Source: Mytilus californianus (lineage: Eukaryota). From it: 64,000 bases of DNA. The notes under the pieces were generated by a model that saw nothing but the letters and a program-made list of their open reading frames with translations, was not told where the DNA came from and searched no databases. Numbering within the stretch: the stretch's first letter is position 1; every line of letters begins with the position of its first letter. Shown here one piece after another: positions 35,578 through 47,200 of this stretch. A program made the position numbers and the translations under genes. Location of the stretch: NCBI RefSeq assembly GCF_021869535.1, contig NW_026262745.1:72726001-72790000 (forward strand), written 5' to 3'.

Positions 35578-37194
35578 TTTTACAAATATCAATCTCGTCG
35601 TTTATGTACATTATTGCATTCAATGTTAAAGGTATCCATGTTTGTAAATAGCGATTGTTTATTAGTATGCATTTTAAACAAATTGTGTGTTGAATGATAA
35701 GATGATATCATTTAAATGCCTGCATAGTTACACAGATATTGTGTTGCATTTACATGTCACTTCGCATCTGGCCATAATCATGTGAAATATATTTTACAAT
35801 ACAAGAAGTATAAAAATGACACCGTAGACGTATTTAGCTACTCATTCCAATGATAAGAAGAGATGAACGTTAGAACATAAAGCTAAAAGACAAAATGCAG
35901 AAAAAATAACTCAGAAGGTAAAGAGTCATTTTATTGAATCCGTATACACATCTAATCAACTGACTATATGTGTTCCTCATTACAACTTTCCCCAGGGGAA
36001 CAGTTCAGTAAATAGTCACTTTTATCATATGTTTCCTAAAGAAAAATTTTACAAAATGGTAAAATAGTAATGTATCATAACGCATTCAAATGCTACTTGC
36101 CGGTTCTCAAGGAACAGTGACTTTCATTTACATTTCACAATCGCAATAGACGTTTCCGGGATATTTCATATGGATATTTTTACGACTATTGCATTTTAAT
36201 AAAGAAATGACAGGGCTGTTTTTGAAGAGTTGTCGACATCAATTGGGAGTTTGACGTCCAGCGTCACCACTTAAACGGCATATGCAATTACATCGCAGTA
36301 CTGTCTTTTATATTTTGCAAGGCTAAATTTCGGTCTCTACTTATTCAGTGGCATCCCAACCCAAACGACTGCTATTGCAAGACATATCTTTTTTTTTAGT
36401 AATTGCTAATTTGTTCTCGTCCTTGAAATTGCATGAAATATTTGACACTGGATTTACACACAAAAAAACTCAATATAACGTTGATGATATTTCCTGATTT
36501 TCTTTTTTCCTTCCATTAATCAATTGATAATTCACTTCATGAAAAATCAACTGACATCATTAATTTAAAATATTGTATATTTATAAAAATAGTTACTTTT
36601 TGTGCATCACTCAAAAATAAAAATACATGTACTTATGCCTTATATTCTTGGAAAACACAAAATTATTCGTGTACGCTACAAGCCTCGATTTTGGTAATTT
36701 TTCTAAATTTCAGACAAATAATTTTTGAACGCGGCAACGACAAGTCATCTTTTGGAGTGAGTTGGGTGGAAGGTTGTTGGGGTTGGCTTTATTTTTTTTT
36801 TTTGATACACAATTTTCGACCATCATAACAGAACAACATTTTCTTTCATTAAAATACAAGTTAGAACAAAACCTTTATTTTTTTTATATTTTTACACTGT
36901 AATTACAACTTTGACGACAACACTACAAGACTGTTTCTCGACAACTAATTGCAGATAATGCAGTTATGTACTTATTTAGAAAAAAATCACAGCTAATACA
37001 CGCATACAAGTCTAATTTCATCATAAGGATTAATTTGTGCTTTTAATCTTGTTTCGTCATGCGTATGCAAGAAATATTTGCCACTGGACGTGAAGAAAAA
37101 CAGCAATCAATTAATCTTATCTCGTTGCATACGTTAGATACAAATGATCTTGCAATCAATCGGCGTCATAACTAGAGTTGCAATCCATATTTTT

Positions 37195-37620
37195 TTGTAT
37201 AAGATTGAAAATGGAAATAGGGAATGTGTCAAAGAGACAACAACCGACCAAAGAGCAAAGGCCACCAATGGGTCTTCAACACAACGAGAAAATCTCGCAT
37301 TTGGAGACGGGCTTCAGCTGGCCCCTTAACAAAAATGTGTACTAGTTCAATGAAAATGGACGTCACACTAAACTCCAAAACATATAAATGAACTAAAATT
37401 AAAAAATACATACAACTAACAAAGGCCAGAGACTTGGGACAGGCGCAAAAATGCGGCGGGGTTTAACGTGTTTTGTGAGATCTCAACCCTCCCCAGTACC
37501 TCTAGCCAATGAGAATAAACAAACACACTCACAGTAAAACTCAGTTTTAAAGAAGTCCGAGTCCGATGTCAGAATAGGTAACAAAAAAAAAAACTAAGCA
37601 AAATGACAATGATGCATATC
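37195..37620 (-). repeat. Related subfamily, inverted copy in the inter-paralog promoter region
   Basis: Reverse complement of 34430-34890. Confidence 0.8.
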
Positions 37621-38129
37621 ATTGATGTTTTAAATAAACTTCAGCAACACCAATAAAATACTCCAATATTTTGCTTCCCCCTTTCATAAAAATTATAGAA
37701 AAAAATACATGTCATAAGCAAAATTAATGTTTCCAAAAAAAGTGTTTCCTTTTTTCTAACTTTTATGTACATGTACATGTAGTACTGATTAGTTTCATTA
37801 CATTTTATTATTTTTCTTTTTATTAAATATCGCCAACAATCTGAATAGAATTGAACCAAGAGTATTGTACATTTTTGCAATAAGCGTGCATGTGTAAATA
37901 TACTTTGTTCATTCTCACTATTAACTAGGTATTTAAACTTTAAGGATATTGAATGGTGTTTTTGTTCAATTATCGGAAAAATGTTATGCACTTTAAATAC
38001 ATTTTTGATTGTTAAAGTGTATACACACGGTCGATCTATATAATTGCATGTATTTTAAATGACAAACTTATTTTTGACATATTTTAGCCAAACAAATATG
38101 TAGAAAAATTTAACCTTGTTTACTCGAAG

Positions 38130-38202
38130 ATGGAACTTTATTCAAATTTATTGTCGAATATTTTTGGAATTGGACTTATATTCATAAATTCTTTTATTAC
38201 AG
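38130..38202 (+). CDS. Paralog B exon 1 (MELYSNLLSNIFGIGLIFINSFIT)
   Basis: ATG to ACAG/gtaagt, hydrophobic signal-like segment, phase 1. Confidence 0.8.
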
Positions 38203-41200
38203 GTAAGTAAAAACGAACCCGGAAGTCCGAAATACAATATGTTTACCTTAACAACATATTCAGAGAAAAAGGGGGAGGGCATCTTCAATCATCAACAAAC
38301 AATTATGTCCCTTTACAATTATCCTAATGATGCTTGTACCACACACGTATATATACTATACATTTAAATAAACCTTAGTACTCTTGTGTAGCATTGACAA
38401 ACATCCAAAATCAAGATATACGACTTAAAATGTGCATCACTTCCGAAAAAAAGCATGACATGTATATTGAATGCCATTGACCGCTGCCGTGAAGCTTTCG
38501 TTTGTTCATTCACGAAAACCCCCACCCCCTCCCCGTTTTCACCTTTTTCCAGATGCAGATCCCGGATTTTGAAAAAGTGGTTCCCCAAACTAATCCACGA
38601 TTGGAGTGGGACATCTGTCTTTGCATTAACCATATAATTATACAGCTCCATAAGGGGGTCCCGGGCCCATGGTCCCCACCTTTCCCCTTTCCCTTCTGCC
38701 CCCTTTTTGTAGATTGTTGATACATGTATATCATAGAATGTAGTTACTGGTCGTACTGAACAACTGATTAGTACGCGTCATGTACAATAAACAATATGAA
38801 TAAAAGGAGGTCAACATTAACAGTACATATATTTTAAACTGGTGTCTATAAACACTTAAAGATCGTGAACAGTTATTTAGTACACGTATGACATACATTT
38901 TTGTTAAGACAAACGCTGACGAAGTTCCTCACTTTGGACAGGCGGAGTTTACCCTCACCCTTTTTATATCCGTTAGTGGATTAACAAAAGATGCATAACA
39001 TAATTTACAATTAAACAAGGACATTAAGTCTTTAAGCTCTAACAACTTTTTAATTGTCTAATTTGAAATAATACACACTTTTCAACTGATTTTTACAGTT
39101 TGTTCTTATATTGTGCTGGTACACCACTGTCCCAGGTTAAGGAAGGATTGAGCGCTAACAAACATGTTTAACCGCGCGTCAGTCTGTAGGCGCCTGTCCC
39201 AAGTCAGGAGCCTGTAATTCAGTGGTTGCACGTCGTTTGAATTGTTTCACATTTTTTTTTTGTGCCGAGGCCTTTTATTGCATTTCTTATCAGAACAAGT
39301 ATAGTGTACATTGTCACACGAATGGTAATTTTGCTTTTGGTTATATTTTTTTATATATAGAGGCGTGCATGAACAGGAAGCGTGTGGTCAGTTGACCACT
39401 TTTCACCCGAAAATCAAAGAATGGGATGGGCATAGACCAGTGCATTCAATACGATCTCAGATGTTGTTATTTCACTTTCTTGCTACGACTCAGTGTACTA
39501 GAAAAAACGAAGAAGTAAAAAAATATAGCAAAATGTAATATCAATGAACAATACTACTTCCCCATAACTTAACAAAAAATAAAAACAAAACATATAAACA
39601 AAACATTGATTCGGGAAATTGATTGTATTGGGTTGTTTTGGGTTTGAAAGGGACTGGATGAGGGGCCTTATTTACTTTAGGGACCCTAACCATTTGGGAT
39701 TTTTACCCCTCCCCTAAAACTAACTTTACCCATAACTAACCCTAACACGAGTCCTAGTTTTAACACTTAAACAAAAATTTAAACAAACCCTTACCTAGCC
39801 CAAGCTTTAGCTAATGCATAACTCTAACATGAAACAACACTCCTAGTAAATAAAGGGCTGAGGGAGAAGCTACATTAAGGAATAGCGGGATCTATAAACG
39901 AAGAGGCACGATTGTTAAATTTCTTTATCAAATACTTTCAAATTTCTAGAAATACCAAATTCTTAAACAGACTCATAGGTCGCATGTCCCTACAAATATC
40001 GTTGAAGGGAAAGCAGATCCCCGTTTTGTTCTCTTCCGTTCATAGCGACCCGTTCCAGTGTATCTTAAGGAGAAAATGGTTCCCGCACAGCCCTTTTTTG
40101 ATGGGGTTCTTTTTTTATATCGCGTTTAAATGAAAATTCCATTACAGTTATATTATAGAAATACACATTCGTATGTCACTGGATGTTAAGCCATTTCATT
40201 TACTTTATGCAAAGTCTTTCCTCGTTTATTGAACATGCTTACAAAATGTATCATTGGAGGTTACGTAATTAACAAACAATTAATACGTCGATTTTCCCCC
40301 TGTTGTTGGGAAAATGTGAATACATATTTAAGGGGACCACGACTCGATTTTCTGGAGGGGGAAGAAGATTTTGAAAAAAAATGAATATAAACACACACGT
40401 CAAGCGACATGATAACATACCATAATTAAACCTTAGGAGTAAATAACTAAGGATCCTATGTTATACTTTATACAAAAAGTTGTCTTTCTTCCAACAGACA
40501 ACAAACAATAGGGAATTTCAGTCTTAAAGTACAAATTAAGTAAAGTATGAGGGTATGGTTGGGGAGGGGTCCTGAATTCTGTAATAATGTTAAAAGCAAT
40601 GTTTCAGAATTCTTTTTTATGACCCATCATTCTCTTTTCTTTATATTGTAGCACTCCAATATTTTCTATTTGCCCATTTGGGTTCAATATTTTTTCGGGT
40701 CCATTGTCCTCTATTCTGTCAGACCCACCAGACCCTCAAGTACATACTAACATTACGTAAGAGATATATCAACAATTCTCTATAAAGTAATTTAAACACG
40801 TCGATTGTTGAAAAGCATTAAATTAACTGATAGTCAGTGTATACGTCTTTAAATTTGATAGAATCTGGTTCATCAGTTCCGCGGCAGTGCTTATAGGTGT
40901 CAATCAAATTTTTATATCGTAGATATATTATAGGATTAAACGCCTTTTTAAAGGAATTTATTGGTGTATAAACTCGACCAATTCACTCACAAACAAATAA
41001 AAAAGTATGTTTGTGAGTGACTTGGTACAGTTTATACACCAAAAAATTCCTTTAAAAAGACGTTTAATCCTTATAATTCTTTAAAATTGGAGACAAGGAA
41101 TTTATTTTTCCACACTCATAACCTCTATCACACGTAAATTGTAAAGTTGTGTCATTGAATAGGCCTGGCGCATAAATATATTTGTTGGTTAACGCAAAAA

Positions 41201-44200
41201 TATGTACTCCATGAAATTTGCAATCTGATAAAAAATAAACTACAAAAACTCTTATTATCATTCAAACGAATGTTTTGTGTTTATTATTTTATTTAACTAT
41301 TTAGACCTATTTACGCGAATTGAAAATAAATTGTGTTAACGTCGATCCGGATTGTGTCATTATCGCCGCCATCTTGTTTACATTGGTTACGAAAAGAAGT
41401 TCGGTCAACGTCGTCTATCGAAAAATAAACAACGTCAAGAACAACTACCGGAAGTCCTCTCAACCAATCATATCAACGTGTTCTCTAATATGCAAATCAT
41501 ATAAGAATTATATATGTATATTTTAATTTGAACCAGATACATTGTATTATGTATATGGATTCATCTTATTTGATATATTTCTAGTTTTTGTATTATATAA
41601 ATCACAAAAGAGTTGAACCGATTCTGCTTCCATTTTGAATCAATTCTTACATTATAATATTTTTGTTATTCTAGGGGCTAATCTGTTATAATATATTTGT
41701 TATTCCAGGGGCTGATGCTGCATCCTACTGTCCCGTCGATGCTTACGCCCAGTCCTGTGAGCATGGCTGTTGTGGAAACGGATGCTGTGTTAACAAGTAC
41801 AAATTACAAGAGTCAATTCGGGGGTTTAAAATTAAATCGATCGAATATCTTAATGATGTACCAATATAAAAATAAGGAGATGTGGCATATTTGTCAATGA
41901 AAGAACTGACCACCAAAGTTCAATTGAAGTGGATGTGAGAAATTATAGGCAACCAACCGTACGGCCTTCAACAATTAGAAAAACCAATACCGTATGGTCG
42001 GCTATAAAAGGCACCGACATGAAAAATATGAAACATTTTAATTGAGAAAACGAACGGCCTATTAGATTAATAACAGAACAGTTTACGAAAAACAAATATG
42101 ACAAACATGAACCAACGACAACCACTAAGCTACAGGCTCCTGACTTGGGACACGCACATAAAGAATGTGGCGGGGTTAAACATGTTTGTGAGCGTCCAAC
42201 CTTCCCCCTAACCTGGGACAGTGGTGTTTGGTTTAATTATACTATATTAGTCTAGTATTTTGTTTATTTATGACAACAAGTATATTTCATCGACTTCATT
42301 TTCCAGATTTATTTGCTACATGGATGAAAAACAATGTGACACTTTAAGAAAGAAAATTGTTTTTTTTTAATGAACAATATAGTAAGATAATAATACTTGA
42401 AAAGTTAGCCTTGAAATTTATTGAATATTTTAAAAAATTGAAAATATTTATGAAGACGGGGATCATTTATCTCGTATCTTTATATCGAGGGTCAGAGGTT
42501 CTCTCCGTGATCCGACTTCCCGCGCCAACAAAAACTGACTGGCAAGATATTGTAAAGAGTGCTGAAAGTGGCGATAAACACCAGTAATAAATAAATCAGT
42601 CATTAAATTGATTTCCTGCAGTACAGCAAAATAGGTTTGATTGCTGTTTCACAGAAGGATCAATGGTTTGAGGAAAGAACGTGTCCATTATGGTAAAACA
42701 AATTTGGTTTTTACGAATTTATACCAAAAAGGATATTTTTCCGATAAAAAAGGGGGATGTACCCCTTGCAAGACTTCTTCATTCAAACACTTAATTCCTC
42801 TTTTTTTCAGGGTATCATTAGCATTAGGTTTAATATTTGGACTAATCGGTTTAATACTACTATGCAGTGGATTTGCAATATGCTTTGTACAATACTTGTA
42901 CAGAAGAAAGAAGAAAACAGCCACTAAGGAAAGCTATGCACAAACTGGAGGTTAAAATAGATCTTAACATTTTGATAACCTGTTTTTTAATTGTTTGCAA
43001 TTTTTGATTTCTTATACTGTTTGAATCGTAAAATGATGAAAAAGACACTATTCTCAGCAAATCAAGCATACAGTAAAGGAATATCACTGAATTCCCAAAT
43101 CCATAGTATATCTCCAATAGAAAAATTAAGAAATAATTCATGAAAGCCATAGATTTGTTGGAAATTTACACATGGCCTGAGGCCATGTGTAAATTTCCAA
43201 CAAATCTATGGCTTTCATGAATTATTTCGATTCTTATAGGACAAATACGGTCATTAAAAAACTGAAGCGAGGGTGGGTATGCCGTGTGTGTGGCTGTTCT
43301 ATTTTACTCCCTGTTAGATAAAGCTAAAACATTCTAATAAATCTGTAGCTTGCATGAAATATTTCGTAAACAACCGCTAGAAAAAATGTGCTTAATTTCT
43401 CTTAATTCTCAAACCCAACATTTGCCATTTTTAATTTACATGTTTTTCTCGTAAGCTACCGTCAAATCCAAAGTTGACATTTCGTAACTAAGGAGTCGCC
43501 ATGTTGACTTGCTGAAATCAGTAAATGTGCAAATAATGCAATAAAATAGAAAATAAAACAACACCTACCTCAAAAATCCATTTTAATGTAATATTATACG
43601 AATTTCGATGATTCACGGTAACGGAAAAACCTTTAGCTTTAGCATTTTCATTTGTATGACGTCATGTTTTGAAATGACTTAAATGCGCCAAAAGCATTAA
43701 TGGACTTTCGCGGAATTTTATTATATTTTGATTTTGTAGATTTCTCCGAGCTCTTGTGCATTAATTCTTTTTGTTATGCATCCGGATAAGAATAAAAGTT
43801 CTGTAGTCTTTTTTCAATAGCAATTTTTAAAATATTAAAATCTGCATAGCGTTTGCAAATAGGTTCCAATACATGTGGATTTACGAGGGAGGTATATTGT
43901 AACATCCATTATTATGTATATCTCTGAGTCTGCGCTAAGTATAGATATATCGAGAATTTTATCACGGTGTTGTTTACAAAGCCAAAGAAGCACGTCATAT
44001 TAGAATAGTTTATAATTTCTAAAAATAGTTCTTGTTGTACTGTAGTGTTTTATCTAAAATAAAGGGCGGGGGGGGGGGGGGGGGGGGGGGGGGGTCAATT
44101 ATTAAAGATGCGAGTTTATTCAAAGTTCAAGTGAACAAAGAGATTCGTTTCAAGTCAACAAATTTGATTTCTACATAAATTTCTATAACTTAGTCAAATA

Positions 44201-47200
44201 GTGATGATATTCCGCATTTTAAGTTAATATTCAAATTTCCAACATGTAGAAAAATTTAAGCTACATCATTATGATACTCATACGACGAGATATAGAACAT
44301 TTAAGAAACGCACATCGTGAACATTAAACACGTATCATAAATTTACACTATTCAGTGGCAACCATAATGACTTGTGAAGACCAACTTTCACTTTTGAGTT
44401 CTTGCAATTATTTTTTTGAGCTATTGTGTAGCCATTTTGGTATACTGCTTGCAATCAGAATTCTTTAAACACGATTTTTTTTCTCCGAAAATATGGAATT
44501 ATTTCTGAAGAGGAAACTACTGATCGTAATGTTTTTCATTGGAAATATATTTAATTGTTTTCAAGAAACCACAATAACCATGTTTTGCATAAACCATGAA
44601 CCATCTAAATGCATAGGCATGTGTGTTTCGTTTGTCGTTAGTCATTTTAGTATTACTAGTTCACCATGCAGAGATTATGAAAAATTAAAAAGACGGAATT
44701 TTAAGTTAAAAACAATGACCATTTACTTTGTAATAAGTTTACATTTTTATTTTCTTTTAAGTTCAGGCAGTAAATGTGTATATGTTATATTTTCAGATCC
44801 AACTAGTGGAACTGTAATGAAACCTACACCAATACCACCAATATGTTAGTACAACAAGTAGAAGCTTTTCATAAAAGTTTACATGCTCTCAGCTTTTCTT
44901 GATAAGATTTTGTAAAGCTTATTTAATAGAGCTAGTTCGGTAACACATTTATACAAAATATGGCAGCGGAGGGGGCACTCTTTTTTACCGTTGTCCGTCT
45001 GTACGTCTGTCCGTCCGTACGTCCTCAAATTAGTGTCCGTTCTTAACTTAAGTTTCCCTCAACCCAAGGTTATGAAACTTATACACATTGTATATTACCA
45101 CCAAACACAGATTGAATTTGAAGTTAGGTGGAGTCACTTTCACCGTTCTCGAGTTATGTCCTTTTATAAATGGAAAATTAGGCAAATTTGCCGTTTCCGC
45201 ATTTTAACTGCTGTTTTCCTCAACTAAATGTTATGAAACTTAAAACACAATGCATATCACCACCAAACACAGATCAAGTTTGAATGTGGGTGGCTTCACT
45301 TTCATCGTTCTTAGGTTATGTCCCTTTGTAAATTGAAAAATTGTTGAATTTTCCGTATATATACAAGCGGGGGCATCTGTGTCCCATGGACACATTCCTT
45401 ATTTATTTCTTCAATTTTTACTCTGGGTATAAACGACAAGTATACTTATGATATAGAACGTACACTACACATATTTAAAACATTATGTTAATTTTCGTGA
45501 CTAAAACAAATTGTGTTGAAATGTTTTCAAACATGACACATTTTGTCAAACATGTAAATATGAAGAATCTTCCCAAAATCGGCCATCATCGCTTTTTAAG
45601 ATATTAAAACAAACACAACTGCAAATATTGAGGTTCCTGACTTGGCATCGAACAGTACATGTAGTCATCCGAATACACTTTGATCTTTTTTTAAAACCAA
45701 TTGTCAGGGAGGAAGGAGGTTATTACTTAATGGTTGTTTAGAGGAAAAGGTTAAACCATTTTGTGAGATTAGAGCAGTACTTTTGTTAATTTTTTGTTTT
45801 ATAATATATAAAGGGTAAATGAAATAAGTCACATGAAATTGTATCGTTTTACATACAAATCGCCATTTAAAAGGTACCGTTAAAATCACACTTGATATCA
45901 AGTAGCAAAAGGGAATTTAAATGTTTAATTTTATCCTCCAATTGGGTGTCTTATTATACGTTTACAGTCCAACAGATATCACTAGGCTGTATCTGTATAC
46001 TATACAGATATCGCTTTAAAGCTCCACCCACTGCCGGACTACGTTTGTGTATTGCTGTTGACGAGTGTTGTATGAGCCTGCGTTACCTCAGAATGTGTAT
46101 TGCAGTCGCATTCCAAAGACGTATTGCTTGACCTTATGCGAACCATAGATTAATTTACGTTCTGTTTGTTTTCAAGCATTTCTTTAGAGCAATCTGAATT
46201 AAACCCATTTTCTGCTAACAGAAAAAACACGAACAGCAGGATTAACTCCATTTTCTACGGCGCCAATCATCAAGTTCAAAACTTGAATGTGTACATGTGT
46301 AATACACAAAATCAACCATGCAGCAATGTCAATTTCAGCATGTTCAGTGAATGTCAAGTTCTGTTCAAAATTCTGAAGCGTAGGACAAAGCATACACTTT
46401 TGTTTTAAATCGGACGTTTTGTAATTAATTTTGACTGTTGAAATTAGTTGTTATGTTATAATAAATAATTATTTACTTTGAGCGATGTGGTATTGTTGAC
46501 CATTCGAGATTCTTTTCTGCGAACCCGTCTTCAGCTAATTGTGTGATTTTAATATTACTGCGTGGACCTCAAAGGAGTTTAAATCGAAACTAAATGCAAT
46601 AAATGTGAGTTTTTCTTTCTTTCAAAGCAAAAATAATATACAATACTAACTGCAGGATAAAGACAATAACTGTTTAGTGTCTTTAAATATCAGCTGTATT
46701 TGTACTCGGCTCGAAACAGGAGTAATAGCTTGCTGAAGCTCGCATTACACCTGTTTCTCAACCTCGTACACATACAGCTGATATTTAAAGACACTAAACA
46801 GTTATAGTCTATGTACCATACTATAAAGAACAATATAAGGTTGACACACACACACATTTGTATGCATATAAATCAATTACTCTACTCAAGAATATTAAAA
46901 AATGTCTTAATTTGAAACCTATAAGAGTTAGAAATGTGCATTGTTCTGTTTCAGTAGAAACTTTAGTTTGATGCAGAACTGTCATGTTAATAAAGTTGCA
47001 GCAATTAAAGTATTTCTGATTGTTGATTTTTTAATCTTTTTTTTTTATTTTCAGTTTTAAGACACAAGAAAACAGGTGAGTTACCGTACAATTTGTATAT
47101 GACACCTATGACGGAAATTTATTTTATAAAAGTAAATAAAGGATTATTTTGGCCTAATGGGCCAAGTGAACTTTTCTCATCACTTGGCGTCCGTTGTTCG

